Notes under the pieces: generated by a model
Seen by the model: only the letters and a program-made list of their open reading frames with translations
What the model was told of the DNA's origin: nothing
Databases searched by the model: none
Shown: positions 28,655 through 39,391 of the stretch, piece after piece
Numbering within the stretch: position 1 is the stretch's first letter
Layout: each line of letters opens with the position of its first letter
Source of the DNA: an uncultured Gammaproteobacteria bacterium
GTDB taxonomy: Bacteria > Patescibacteriota > Microgenomatia > Levybacterales > GWA1-39-11
Direction: 5' to 3'
DNA: 64,000 nucleotides
Assembly (NCBI GenBank): GCA_964448725.1
Contig: CAYVAJ010000001.1
Span: 7,525-71,524 of the forward strand
Position numbers and translations under genes: made by a program

Positions 28655-31339
28655 TTGGTAATTCTTTACAATGGAAGTATGTCTTCAATTTTTACTTCAA
28701 GCACATCAGAAAAAGAACAACCGCTTATGCTGGTATCAGGAAGTTTGCCCTATATTACCGATCCATTTATCGAGTCAGTTTTAAATACATTTAAGCTCAT
28801 TATTTTACATAATCCTCATCATTACCCAAAAAATGAGACTATCTTCCAAGTTTATAATACAGCAGTTGATACAATTAATGATTTAAAAGATCCAATTGAG
28901 TATTCTGTGTTTTTTCTATCAGGCCATGAAGATAAACAATTGCTCGAAAAATTAATTCCTAAGTTAGAACGGGATAAACCGCAAACAGTAGTAATAATAC
29001 CTGTAACAAAAGTTAATCAGTTTTCAGATGTATTATTGGCACTCAAACATATTTCCTCAGTATCGTTTGCTATTGTTGGAGAGATTTTTGGAAAAAATAT
29101 TCCTTCTGAATCTTCTCGATCATCTCATATTATCCATACTGCACTTACACAAAAAAGAGCAGAGTTTACCGGAAATGACTTGGTCTCAATATATCCAATA
29201 AGTGAAGATGATGTTCTCAAAGGAGTACAGCATATTCTATTTTCAAATATTGTACGAAAGCGTGTGTTCTTTTTATTTTATGAACACCCACAGACTATTA
29301 TATCGACCATCCATTTATTAAAAAAAGCTGAGCCAGACTTACAAATTCTCTATGATCAACAAGCACCTTACTTTCCTGAATTACCAAAACATACAGAACT
29401 TGAAAAACAGATTCTCTCAAAATTTCATCTTTCCGTATCATATATAGATGAAATATTAGACGGATTTGAGAAAAGTGTAAAACAAACAATATATTCATCT
29501 GTACGAAAAGAACTTAAGAGGAAGCGGAAACCATCTCTTACAAAAAAACTCGTTCACAAAAAGCCTCTAACAAAATCGTTGTTTACAATTATGACTATTT
29601 CATTGTTATTGTTTATTATCATAAATGTGCTACTCACATTAAGCGGGGTATTGTTAGCAAAACAATCATTGCAATCACTACAAAATGGTAACTTTTCCAA
29701 AGCTCATACTCAACTATCATATGCAAATAAATGCTTTACCATCTCCCAACCTGTTATAAGCCTGGGATTTACTATAGCACGTCAATTTCATCTTCCTGCT
29801 ATTGAGAGTAGTTACGCAACTTTTACTTCAGGTATGCAGTTAAGTAGGCTTGCCTCTTCAGAACTCGCAAAAATCAATAAAATCCAGTCTGGATTAAAGG
29901 AAGAAGAACTACTGGAAACGCTAGCTACAGCATCCTATCTCTATTTTGCCGCACAATCTTCTCCCACCTTTGCACGTATACCATACGTGAATGAGCTTGC
30001 GAATAATGCAAGTGGTAATATTCTCGCAACCAGTTCAGTACTCCCGGAGATTCTCGGATATACAAAAGAGAAGCGATATTTATTGCTATTTCAAAATAGC
30101 GGAGAGATAAGACCAACAGGAGGATTTATTGGATCAGTCGGTGAATTAACAATAGAAAAAGGTAAAACGACATCATTTACAATTCAGGATGTATACGATA
30201 TAGACGGTCAACTACAAAATCACGTAGAGCCTCCATTTATAGTACGCAGATATCTCCAACCTCACCTTTACTTGCGTGACAGTAATTTTGCACTTGATTT
30301 CCAAGAAGCAGCAACAACCGCTGCATCGTTATACCAGCAAGCAGGAAATAAAACAGTTGACGGAGTAATTGGTATTGACTATGAAGTCCTACGGCAAATC
30401 ATTACCGAAGTGGGACCTCTCTATCTCCCTTCATACGATAAAACCATTGACGCAGAGAATAGTTTCTCTTTTATTCATTCCACTATTGAAGACACCTTCT
30501 TTCCGGGATCATCTCAAAAGAGAAGCATTTTACAAGAAGTTTTTGGTCAAATTACAATCAAGTTACAAGATCCCAAAAACGCTCTTGCAGTTTCCAAATT
30601 ATTTCCTACACTGGTTGAAGAAAAACATATATTATTTGCATTTAAAGATCCTTTTATCCAAGAGATATTTACTATGCAACGATTTGCAGGAAGTACTGAA
30701 AAATTACCAAGTAATTCTTCGAACAAAGTATCAGAGTATTTTGCTGTCAACGAGGCAAATATCGGTGTAAATAAAGCTAATACACATATTTCCCGTAGTG
30801 TATCTCTTACTCAAAAAATAAGTCAACAAAAGATTGCTTCAGAAGCACATATTACATTTAAAAATACCGGTAGAGAAGAGTATAAAGTATTTTTACGAGT
30901 TGTAGTTCCGCAGGGGAGCACCTTTGAAAAGCTTGAAATAAACGGCAAAGAAGAAGAGACGATACCCGCAATTACTAATCCTCGTATCTATGAATCATCA
31001 ACATTTAAGCTTCCTGCAGAAACTGAGATTATAGAAGAAAATTACCATGACAAGAAAACATTTGGATTTGTCACAACTGTATCTGGAAACACAAATAAAT
31101 CGGTTACTTTATTTTATTCACATGCACAAAAAATTCCACTAAATCCATTTACCTATAATCTTTTTTATCAAACACAACCAGGAACAACAGGCTATCCATT
31201 TACCGCAACAGTTCAATATCCTACAACATTAATACCGCAAGAAGTAAACATGGGATCAGCTACCAATAGACAGATAGTTGTACAGATACCAAGTATTAAA
31301 AAAGATCATAAAATAACAGCAGAATTTCTCTACCGTTAA
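28655..31339 (+). CDS. large secreted/membrane-anchored protein, DUF4012-like
   Basis: 894 aa. Internal TM at about residue 300. GEIRPTGGFIGSVGEL ... GVIGIDYEVL block reminiscent of DUF4012 proteins common next to PBPs in Patescibacteria. Family assignment from memory, not searched. Confidence 0.45.
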   Translation: MVILYNGSMSSIFTSSTSEKEQPLMLVSGSLPYITDPFIESVLNTFKLIILHNPHHYPKNETIFQVYNTAVDTINDLKDPIEYSVFFLSGHEDKQLLEKLIPKLERDKPQTVVIIPVTKVNQFSDVLLALKHISSVSFAIVGEIFGKNIPSESSRSSHIIHTALTQKRAEFTGNDLVSIYPISEDDVLKGVQHILFSNIVRKRVFFLFYEHPQTIISTIHLLKKAEPDLQILYDQQAPYFPELPKHTELEKQILSKFHLSVSYIDEILDGFEKSVKQTIYSSVRKELKRKRKPSLTKKLVHKKPLTKSLFTIMTISLLLFIIINVLLTLSGVLLAKQSLQSLQNGNFSKAHTQLSYANKCFTISQPVISLGFTIARQFHLPAIESSYATFTSGMQLSRLASSELAKINKIQSGLKEEELLETLATASYLYFAAQSSPTFARIPYVNELANNASGNILATSSVLPEILGYTKEKRYLLLFQNSGEIRPTGGFIGSVGELTIEKGKTTSFTIQDVYDIDGQLQNHVEPPFIVRRYLQPHLYLRDSNFALDFQEAATTAASLYQQAGNKTVDGVIGIDYEVLRQIITEVGPLYLPSYDKTIDAENSFSFIHSTIEDTFFPGSSQKRSILQEVFGQITIKLQDPKNALAVSKLFPTLVEEKHILFAFKDPFIQEIFTMQRFAGSTEKLPSNSSNKVSEYFAVNEANIGVNKANTHISRSVSLTQKISQQKIASEAHITFKNTGREEYKVFLRVVVPQGSTFEKLEINGKEEETIPAITNPRIYESSTFKLPAETEIIEENYHDKKTFGFVTTVSGNTNKSVTLFYSHAQKIPLNPFTYNLFYQTQPGTTGYPFTATVQYPTTLIPQEVNMGSATNRQIVVQIPSIKKDHKITAEFLYR

Positions 31340-32340
31340 TCAACTACAAGAATACTAAATACATACCCCTGTTCGTTTAGCTCTACAGCTCCAATACCTA
31401 TCCGTGAATATTGTGCTGAGAGAAGTTGTTGATAATACACAGGTATCTGCTGTACACCATGAAAAGCAATTCCAGCATTTTGTGCATATATGGGGATGAA
31501 ATATGCTGTTTTATACTGAATTCGACTTTGAGCAAGTAAATCGAAAGGAGTAGACCCATTAACTTCTTCACGTGAGAGTATCTGATTTGCACTTATTCCT
31601 TGTGCAAGGGTTCCCGCAACAAATGTGATATCTTTATCAATGCTTAGTGGTAATACATTCTTCTTTTGTCTTTCAGTATTAATATGTTCAAATAGAGCTG
31701 TTGCCTCAGTTTGTATGAGTATAAGAGACCCATGAGATTGAATTGGAGCTTCTTCTGTGTGTGTAGGATCAGGAACAAGAAAATTAAAGAGAGAAAATAG
31801 TGGTCTACCCAATATACGATTCTGTGTACTCTCGACAGACTGCAGACCAATTACCAGACCATTTACTACTATACTCCTGCTAATGGAGTTCTTAATAAAT
31901 TCGGTTACTGGCAATGAAAGAAAAACAGTTGCCACGCAAGTTACAATAATAATAAACGTTCCAGTTCCAGCGAGTAAAGTTCCTGGCCAGATTCTCAGTT
32001 GCAATAATTCTTGCTGAACATTCAGTAAAATAAGACGATAACAGATAAAGGCAATACCCGTAAGAAGAAACGCTAAGACCAAGAATCCTAACCCATCAGC
32101 GAGCCCTTTTGAAAACGATAGATATAATTGTAAAAACGATGCAATATGTTTATAGAGCATGAGAGAGAACATTGCCACTAATCCTGTAAGAAGGAATGTT
32201 AACAATGATCGGACAAAATACCGCTGTCGCTCAGATATTACAAATATACAAAGACAAGCGAAAAAAAGTAGATCAAGAAGAGTAAAGGGGAATAGTTCTA
32301 GTATTTTTTGTAAAAACAAAAGGTAATTCGAGAAGGTCAT
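31336..32340 (-). CDS. CvpA-like membrane protein with C-terminal CAP/SCP (YkwD-like) domain
   Basis: Four N-terminal TM helices. C-terminal ~130 aa with HINTERQKK...YSRIGIGAVELNEQGYVFSILV typical of CAP-domain proteins. Confidence 0.4.
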   Translation of the reverse strand: MTFSNYLLFLQKILELFPFTLLDLLFFACLCIFVISERQRYFVRSLLTFLLTGLVAMFSLMLYKHIASFLQLYLSFSKGLADGLGFLVLAFLLTGIAFICYRLILLNVQQELLQLRIWPGTLLAGTGTFIIIVTCVATVFLSLPVTEFIKNSISRSIVVNGLVIGLQSVESTQNRILGRPLFSLFNFLVPDPTHTEEAPIQSHGSLILIQTEATALFEHINTERQKKNVLPLSIDKDITFVAGTLAQGISANQILSREEVNGSTPFDLLAQSRIQYKTAYFIPIYAQNAGIAFHGVQQIPVYYQQLLSAQYSRIGIGAVELNEQGYVFSILVVD

Positions 32341-32394
32341 AAGTTTATGATATAATAATTTGTGTCTCTCGCATAGAGAGAAGAGAAAACCCCC

Positions 32395-34593
32395 ATGTTA
32401 GGCAAATTTATCCATCATCGTCATAAAATGCCAAAAATTCTCAAAAAGCTGTTTCGAGGTAAAAAATTAATAGTAATTATAATACTCCTCTTTTTATTCG
32501 TTAGTACAGTATCAGCTTCATATTTTTTTGTATTAAAAGACATTCCTTCAGCTGCAAAAATCGCACAGAATAATTTTCCACAATCAACCAAAATTTATGA
32601 CAGAAATGGAGTACTTCTTTACACTATCTACAGTACCCGTAACCAATCTTTTGTACCTCTCGAACGGATTCCGAAACCTATTCAACAAGCCACAATTGCA
32701 ACAGAAGATAAAGATTTTTATAAACATGGCGCGATTGATCTTCGAGGTATTGCCCGTGCTTTTTACTCAACAGTCTTTAAAAAAGAGATCCAAGGAGGAT
32801 CAACAATTACACAGCAATTAGTAAAAAATTCTCTGCTGAGCCCTGAACAAACAATTACACGCAAAGTAAAAGAAATTATCCTCTCCTTTGTAGTAGAAGG
32901 ACTGTATTCAAAGGATCAAATACTTGAGATGTATCTTAATCAAGTTGCCTATGGAGGCACAGCATGGGGAGTACAGTCAGCAAGTTACGTGTATTTCAAT
33001 AAACCAGTCTGGGATTTAAATCTTGCAGAAGGAGTGTTTTTAGCCGGACTTCCAGAAGCACCAAGTATTTACTCTCCTTTTGGTCCTAACCCTGAACGAG
33101 GAGAACAACGTAAGGCAGAAGTATTGCGTCTTATGCGTGAACAAGGATATATAACAGAGCAACAAGAAAAACAAGCAAAAGAGACAAAACTCACTTTTTC
33201 TGAGCACGTTGATACGATTGAAGCACCCCATTTTGTCATGTATGTAAAGGATTTGCTCGTTAAAAAGTATGGTCTCCGGCAAGTAGAACAGGGTGGATTA
33301 CAAGTGAGAACTTCTCTTGATCTCAGTATCCAAAACTTTGCCCAACAAACTGTTGCTTCTGAAGTTGCAAAGCTTGAGGGCAGTAATGTCACTAATGGGG
33401 CATCACTTGTGACCAACCCTCAAACCGGCGAAATTTTAGCGATGGTTGGAAGTCGGAATTACTTTGATGCAGAAAATGATGGCAATGTAAATGTCACACT
33501 TGCAAAAAGACAACCTGGATCATCGATTAAACCAATTAATTACGCTACAGGACTCATTAAAGGGTATACTGCAGCAACTCCTATAATTGATGAGAAAAAA
33601 TGTTTTCCAAATCCAAGTGGAAAAGCATATTGTCCTGTGAATTATGACGGATCGTTCCATGGAGTAACCAATATGCGTTCAGCATTGGCAAATTCCTACA
33701 ATATTCCGGCAGTTAAAATGCTCCAAATGAATGGACTTGATGCAATGATTGCCACTGCATCTGCAATGGGCATCAATTCGTTCCAAAACCCTGAACGATA
33801 TGGCCTTTCACTTACGCTTGGTGGAGGAGAGGTAACAATGTTGGAAATGTCAGAAGCTTTTGGAGTATTTGCAAATGGTGGATATAAAATACCGCTTCAG
33901 CCAATCTTGAAAGTCACTGACAGAAATGGCAAAGCTTTAGAAGAGTATACCCCTCCTAAAAGTCCTATATTTGGAGAGAAAGTAATTCCTGAAGGAGTTG
34001 CATTTATTATTTCTCATATTCTGCAAGACAATAACGCAAGAACCCCTGCTTTCGGTTCTAACTCACTTCTACGTATTAAAGATTATCCTGTCTCCGTAAA
34101 AACTGGCACTACAAATGATTATAGAGATAACTGGACAGTAGGGTACACACCTTCTTATGTTGTAACAGTGTGGGTGGGTAATAACAATAACACACCTATG
34201 AGAGGAGTAACTTCGGGAGTTACAGGGGCTGCCCCGATCTGGAATAAAATCATGAGTGAGTTATTAGAAAACACAAAAAAAGAACCTCTTCAACAACCTC
34301 AGAATGTCGTGGGAAGAGAAGTATGTTCATCATCAGGACTCTTACCTCCTCCTGAAGGAACTCCCGATAGGTGTCCTACACACTTTGAATATTTCCTTAA
34401 AGATAATGTTCCAACAAGAACAGATCCAGGACGTACCAAAGTATTTATCAATCAAGAAACTGGCGGTCTTGCAGAAGAAGGACAGACAGAAAACATTGAG
34501 GAAAAAGATGAAATAGTTATAACCGATGAAACTGGGGATCGATACTGCGTTACCTGTCCACACCCACAAGCATCACCAACTCCAACACCTTAA
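32395..34593 (+). CDS. class A penicillin-binding protein (bifunctional glycosyltransferase/transpeptidase, PBP1A-like)
   Basis: GT51 motifs EDKDFYKHGAID, GGSTITQQLVKN. Transpeptidase SxxK (GSSIKP), SYN, KTGTT. 732 aa. Confidence 0.9.
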   Translation: MLGKFIHHRHKMPKILKKLFRGKKLIVIIILLFLFVSTVSASYFFVLKDIPSAAKIAQNNFPQSTKIYDRNGVLLYTIYSTRNQSFVPLERIPKPIQQATIATEDKDFYKHGAIDLRGIARAFYSTVFKKEIQGGSTITQQLVKNSLLSPEQTITRKVKEIILSFVVEGLYSKDQILEMYLNQVAYGGTAWGVQSASYVYFNKPVWDLNLAEGVFLAGLPEAPSIYSPFGPNPERGEQRKAEVLRLMREQGYITEQQEKQAKETKLTFSEHVDTIEAPHFVMYVKDLLVKKYGLRQVEQGGLQVRTSLDLSIQNFAQQTVASEVAKLEGSNVTNGASLVTNPQTGEILAMVGSRNYFDAENDGNVNVTLAKRQPGSSIKPINYATGLIKGYTAATPIIDEKKCFPNPSGKAYCPVNYDGSFHGVTNMRSALANSYNIPAVKMLQMNGLDAMIATASAMGINSFQNPERYGLSLTLGGGEVTMLEMSEAFGVFANGGYKIPLQPILKVTDRNGKALEEYTPPKSPIFGEKVIPEGVAFIISHILQDNNARTPAFGSNSLLRIKDYPVSVKTGTTNDYRDNWTVGYTPSYVVTVWVGNNNNTPMRGVTSGVTGAAPIWNKIMSELLENTKKEPLQQPQNVVGREVCSSSGLLPPPEGTPDRCPTHFEYFLKDNVPTRTDPGRTKVFINQETGGLAEEGQTENIEEKDEIVITDETGDRYCVTCPHPQASPTPTP

Positions 34594-35864
34594 GCTTTTG
34601 TATATCGAGAAATCCACAAAAATCCGGTTATTACCGCAGTCATTAACATTCCTTGTTGCAAAGTCAAGAAAAAATGATCTGCCACTCCTATCAATAGAAT
34701 ACTTATAAAGATGGCTCCAGTTACTGAGAAAAATGCATTTTTCTCAGGCTTACTATTCCAAATAGCTATAACGCGCTGTACTGTCTTTACTAAGAAGATA
34801 CTCACTGGTATTGCTCCTAGAATACCTACTTGCAACAATACCAAAAGATAAATATTGTGAACAGGTTGTAGGAGGACAGGAGTAATCTCTGTTTGATACT
34901 CAAGCATAAAGGGGAAATAATTTAATAATCCAACACCGAAAATCATGTGTGATTGAATGATTGTAAGTGCGATAGTTGCAAGATCTATACGAGAAGTAAA
35001 ATCAGTTGATAGGAATGATTCAGGAGCAAAACGCTGTGCCAAAAATGCAATACACATAAGACTTCCAAACACAATTATCCCTCCTGTTCTTGAGGAAATA
35101 GTGCGTGAATAGACTAACCATACCAAAGTAAGAATAAAAATAAGAATAGTAAGTCGTGAGAATGTTAAAAATAAACAGATAACCGCAAGCACAGTAGCAA
35201 TTATAATCCATGATTTTTTCCATCCTTTTGACAGCATTTTGCTATAGACAATAAGCAATAATGATGCACTAAACATAAAAAAGGCGAGAACATTTGGATG
35301 AGGGAAACTACCATAAGCACGAAGAATTTCCTTCCCATACAAACTAACCGTTGATATTCCAATCGTAGCAGGAGAAAATGTACGTTCTCCAATGAAATAC
35401 CACAGTCCTCCTACTGATGATTGAGTAAAAAACTGCCAAAAAACTAATATGCTTTGTATAAAAACAGCTACTGAGAATACTTGGGCAATAGCAGGAAAAT
35501 CTTTTTTAGAGAAAAGCTGGGTTATGATATACCCTAAAAAAATCATCTCCACAAGCTTAACAACACCGTAGAAAGCAACCACAGGAACTGGCGCAAGCAG
35601 CAGAGAGACTATAAGTACAAGAAAGCCAAACACCACTCGTTCTGACAGAAAAAAACCTCGTTTTCTAAATGATCTGAAAAGAGAAGGAATAGAGATTATA
35701 AAAAGTAGACCAATAAGGATATCAGTTATATAAAGAGTTGGAGATAAATAATCCACGCGAATTCCAGACACATATGAAAAATCAAACCAGAAATGCTTTC
35801 CAAACTGAGAGATAATAAAAAAAAGAATACTAAAAAGGAGCGTGCGTTGAACAAGTAGTGTCAC
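34590..35864 (-). CDS. polytopic membrane protein, O-antigen ligase/polymerase-like (Wzy_C family?)
   Basis: About 10-12 TM helices with a periplasmic loop. Position in envelope cluster. Family assignment tentative. Confidence 0.35.
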   Translation of the reverse strand: MTLLVQRTLLFSILFFIISQFGKHFWFDFSYVSGIRVDYLSPTLYITDILIGLLFIISIPSLFRSFRKRGFFLSERVVFGFLVLIVSLLLAPVPVVAFYGVVKLVEMIFLGYIITQLFSKKDFPAIAQVFSVAVFIQSILVFWQFFTQSSVGGLWYFIGERTFSPATIGISTVSLYGKEILRAYGSFPHPNVLAFFMFSASLLLIVYSKMLSKGWKKSWIIIATVLAVICLFLTFSRLTILIFILTLVWLVYSRTISSRTGGIIVFGSLMCIAFLAQRFAPESFLSTDFTSRIDLATIALTIIQSHMIFGVGLLNYFPFMLEYQTEITPVLLQPVHNIYLLVLLQVGILGAIPVSIFLVKTVQRVIAIWNSKPEKNAFFSVTGAIFISILLIGVADHFFLTLQQGMLMTAVITGFLWISRYTKA

Positions 35865-36307
35865 TTCTTTTTGATAACTAAAACTCTTTCACGATCTTCA
35901 CCTGATGATTCTGTGGTTACTTCTGAATCTTCAACAAGCATCATATGAATTAAGCGTCTCTCCCATGGTTTCAGTCCTCGAATTGTTTTTTCAACACCTG
36001 TCGCAACTACTTCATCTTTTAATCTTTGTGCAAGATCAGAAAGATATGCTTCTCGTTCTTCTCGATATCCACCAACCTCAACAATCACTCTTTTATATTC
36101 TTCTTGTTTTGCTGCAACTATCTGACCAAGTAAATACTCAAGTGAAGAAAGAGTGTTTCCATGCTTTCCAATAAGAAGTGCATTTTCCTGTGTATCAAGT
36201 GCAACATGATACCCATTCTCATCTTCAGAGACAGAGACTGTTGCCTCAACACCTATTTTTTTCAAAAGGTCGTCGGTAATTTGCTGTACAAGTGTGTTAT
36301 TTTCCAT
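35861..36307 (-). CDS. Jag/KhpB RNA-binding protein (KH + R3H)
   Basis: KH-like GKHGNTLSSLEYL and R3H LKPWERRLIHMML. Located downstream of yidC as in the conserved operon. Confidence 0.8.
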   Translation of the reverse strand: MENNTLVQQITDDLLKKIGVEATVSVSEDENGYHVALDTQENALLIGKHGNTLSSLEYLLGQIVAAKQEEYKRVIVEVGGYREEREAYLSDLAQRLKDEVVATGVEKTIRGLKPWERRLIHMMLVEDSEVTTESSGEDRERVLVIKKK

Positions 36308-37094
36308 GGTTTTTTATTTTCTGGATCCAAGGAGTAAGTCCTCCGAATCCTACTAAAAGATATTGCTGCAGTATACCAAAAATTGTGAATGTATTCCAGT
36401 AGAGAGTAAGACCGAATGGAAGAGAATAAGAAAACCACCCAATCATAAGCGGAAAAATAAACATTGATTGTGTCTGAATTGCAGTTTGAAAATCATCTTT
36501 CTTTTTCTTAACAGTTGTTGCAGGCATCATCATTTTTGATAGGAAAAACTGTAATATACCTGTTACAAGTGGGGCAAGAATAATAAGAGGTGTTGATTCT
36601 AATAATGCTGCAGGACTTTCTGCAAGGGAAATTCCAAAAAAGGTTGGGTCCCATGCTTTATCAATATGCAAAAATGAAAAATACAATGTATCATTCACCT
36701 TAGCAATTGCATCAGCAGAATTTAGTGATACAACTTGGGTTAAACTATGATACAGAGCAATCATAATAGGAAATTGGATCAATACCGGTAAACAGCCTGA
36801 AGCAGGGTTTATATTATTCTCTTTATACAATCTCATCATTTCCTGCTGCTGACGAGTTCTGTCATTCTTATATTTCTCCTTTATATCACTCAACTGTGGT
36901 GCTACATCCTGCATTTTCTTTGATGATCGAATTTGTGCTGACATGAGCGGAAAGAGCAGTATTCTGATAAATGCAGTCATCAATATTACCGCGAAACCAA
37001 CGGCGTACGGAACGTGGAGAAAAACCATTAATTGGTAGAAAGCGACTAAAATGTTCGTTAGCGGAATAGTAAAAAGCGTATTGAATAATTCCAT
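36297..37094 (-). CDS. yidC: membrane protein insertase YidC/Oxa1 family (short form)
   Basis: Five TM helices. GCLPVLIQFPIMIALY conserved hydrophilic-groove helix. Downstream of rnpA. Confidence 0.85.
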   Translation of the reverse strand: MELFNTLFTIPLTNILVAFYQLMVFLHVPYAVGFAVILMTAFIRILLFPLMSAQIRSSKKMQDVAPQLSDIKEKYKNDRTRQQQEMMRLYKENNINPASGCLPVLIQFPIMIALYHSLTQVVSLNSADAIAKVNDTLYFSFLHIDKAWDPTFFGISLAESPAALLESTPLIILAPLVTGILQFFLSKMMMPATTVKKKKDDFQTAIQTQSMFIFPLMIGWFSYSLPFGLTLYWNTFTIFGILQQYLLVGFGGLTPWIQKIKNHGK

Positions 37095-37101
37095 AACAAT
37101 G

Positions 37102-37419
37102 TTACATTATACCTTCTTTTTTAAAGATTTGCTCGATGTGATGACGTAATTCATTAGAGCCTACATCTATACTTTTTTTGCGAATATAGAACACTAGTGA
37201 ATACGGTAATGGAGTTTTTTTTACTATGTCTCCTAGTATTGATCTATATAGACGCTTTATACGATTACGATCTACAGCAAGGGAAGCAACTTTTTTACTT
37301 ATCACAAAACCACAGCTAAAATCTTGTGTTTTCTCAAATCTCAATACAAAATAAGGAGATTGAATTGAGTTACGAGGAACACCATTTCTAAATGAGTATC
37401 TATGCTGTTTAGTGAGCAT
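37102..37419 (-). CDS. rnpA: ribonuclease P protein component
   Basis: LTKQHRYSFRNGV... RNRIKRLYRS (RNR motif). 105 aa. Start overlaps the rpmH stop (TAATG). Confidence 0.85.
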   Translation of the reverse strand: MLTKQHRYSFRNGVPRNSIQSPYFVLRFEKTQDFSCGFVISKKVASLAVDRNRIKRLYRSILGDIVKKTPLPYSLVFYIRKKSIDVGSNELRHHIEQIFKKEGIM

Positions 37420-37538
37420 TATACGGAGTGTCGGCCTTTTGCACGCTGTTTCTTGATAACTTTTCGTCCTGCTGCTGATGCACTTCGTACAAGAAAGCCA
37501 TGTTTTTTAAGCCCTTTCTTTTTATTATTTTTTGTCAT
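37419..37538 (-). CDS. rpmH: 50S ribosomal protein L34
   Basis: Minus-strand 39-aa ORF MTKNNKKKGLKKHGFLVRSASAAGRKVIKKQRAKGRHSV matches L34 (HGFR.R....GR.V...RR.KGR). Below the ORF-track size cutoff. Confidence 0.8.
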   Translation of the reverse strand: MTKNNKKKGLKKHGFLVRSASAAGRKVIKKQRAKGRHSV

Positions 37539-37586
37539 TCGTTCTGACATAAGCAAACACTATAATACCAAAAATCATACTGTATC

Positions 37587-38288
37587 TCAAGTAGCTATCT
37601 GCCTGCGCCTCCACAATAGTTGCAAAGTTTTTTCAACTGAAAGTGCTATCGCAATCCAACAAAACCCTGCGATAAACCCTGCCAGTACATCACTAACGTA
37701 ATGGACACCAAGATATACACGGCTTATACCGACAAGCAGAATAATACTGCAATTTATTACCACACTTACCAATGTAATCGTAATATTATGTGATACACGA
37801 TGCACATATAAAATAAGAGTAGAATAAAAGACAAAGGCATTCATTGCATGACCTGAAGGAAAACTATAAAGAGGCTCTACAATCAACGGAGACATATCAG
37901 GACGCGCTCTCCCAATGATATCTTTCAACACGAGGTTAAGAAACACTCCTGATATAAAAACAAGAATAACCATCAGTGCTTCTCTTTTACGCTTACGGAT
38001 GATAGAAATAAGAAGAATCGCTACAAGGAAAATCAACAACAATTCATTCCCTAGCGAAGTTATTGCAAGCATAAGAGTAGTTAGCATTGGTGTGCGCAAT
38101 TCATACACAACCATACTCATAAAGACATCTATCTGATGAATTGACGAAATATTTTTTGCAAGCATAAGGAACATAATAAACGAGAGAACACTCACACTAA
38201 TCCCTATCATAATTTCTGTTGCAGGCAATAGAGCAGTACGATATAGTGACTGTGTTTTCTTTTTCATATCTTTATTGTACATTGACAC
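37587..38288 (-). CDS. PAP2 family phosphatase (undecaprenyl-diphosphatase-like)
   Basis: PAP2 signature KDIIGRARP ... PSGHA ... SRVYLGVHYVSDVLAG. Six TM helices. Confidence 0.8.
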   Translation of the reverse strand: MSMYNKDMKKKTQSLYRTALLPATEIMIGISVSVLSFIMFLMLAKNISSIHQIDVFMSMVVYELRTPMLTTLMLAITSLGNELLLIFLVAILLISIIRKRKREALMVILVFISGVFLNLVLKDIIGRARPDMSPLIVEPLYSFPSGHAMNAFVFYSTLILYVHRVSHNITITLVSVVINCSIILLVGISRVYLGVHYVSDVLAGFIAGFCWIAIALSVEKTLQLLWRRRQIAT

Positions 38289-38332
38289 TCAAAAGGGTTG
38301 CAATTTAAGAAAAAGTATATTACCGTTAATGT

Positions 38333-39391
38333 ATGGTAAGAGTTGCAATTAACGGATATGGGCGTATTGGCAGAGTTGCACATCGAATTATTATTGAACG
38401 ATTTTCCCAAGACATAGAAGTAGTTGCCATAAATGCTGGTTCAAGTACAGATATTATGGGGTGGATGTATTTACTTAAATACGATTCTGTCTATGGCCCT
38501 CTTTCTAAAAACCTTTCTGCAAGAGAAGAAAATGAACCAGATACTGATATCATCGGATACCTTACCGTAGAGAACAAGGAAATTCCCGTATATTCTCAAA
38601 AAGACCCAACAAAACTTCCTTGGGGTGATTTTCATGTTGATGCGGTTATTGAGTCAACCGGTGCATTTACAAAAGCTGAAGATCTCCAAAAACATATAGC
38701 AGCAGGAGCTAAATCAGTTATTTTATCTGCCCCATTTAAAGATGACGGAGGTAACCCAACATATGTACTCGGAGTAAATTTATCAAAAGATGCAACACAA
38801 GTTGAAAATATTGTCAGCAATGCATCGTGTACAACCAACTGTATTGCGCCGGTTGCACAAATAATGCATGAAGCCTTTGGTATTGAAAAAGCAATGATGA
38901 CAACAATTCATGGATATACTTCTGATCAAAGAATTCAGGATGGTGGACATAGAGATTATCGCAGAGCTCGTGCTGCTGGTGAAAATATTATTCCAACCTC
39001 AACAGGAGCAACAAAGGCGGCAGCCCTTGCAATCCCAGATTTAAAAGGAATATTTAATGGACTTGCAATTCGAGTACCTGTACCTGTTGGTTCTCTTTCT
39101 GATTTTACGTTTTTAGTAAAAAAAGATACTACTACTGAGGAAGTCAATCAAACGCTTGAAAAAGCGGCATCAGACGCGCGATTTGATGGCATCTTTACGG
39201 TAACTCATGACCCGATTGTAAGTAGTGATATCATAGGTGATCCGCACTCATCTATTGCTGATCTTTCTCTGACTCAAGTCGTTGGTGGAAACATGGTCAA
39301 GGTAATTGCATGGTATGACAATGAATATGGATATGCTAATAGGCTTATTGAAGAAGTGTTGCTTATCGGCAAACTACACGCATCTGCATAA
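38333..39391 (+). CDS. gap: glyceraldehyde-3-phosphate dehydrogenase
   Basis: INGYGRIGR NAD-binding N-terminus and SNASCTTNCIAP active site. Confidence 0.95.
   Translation: MVRVAINGYGRIGRVAHRIIIERFSQDIEVVAINAGSSTDIMGWMYLLKYDSVYGPLSKNLSAREENEPDTDIIGYLTVENKEIPVYSQKDPTKLPWGDFHVDAVIESTGAFTKAEDLQKHIAAGAKSVILSAPFKDDGGNPTYVLGVNLSKDATQVENIVSNASCTTNCIAPVAQIMHEAFGIEKAMMTTIHGYTSDQRIQDGGHRDYRRARAAGENIIPTSTGATKAAALAIPDLKGIFNGLAIRVPVPVGSLSDFTFLVKKDTTTEEVNQTLEKAASDARFDGIFTVTHDPIVSSDIIGDPHSSIADLSLTQVVGGNMVKVIAWYDNEYGYANRLIEEVLLIGKLHASA

Noticed and set aside
37402-37701. 99-aa plus-strand ORF
   Set aside because: Antisense to rpmH and to the start of rnpA. The minus-strand reading gives a textbook L34.
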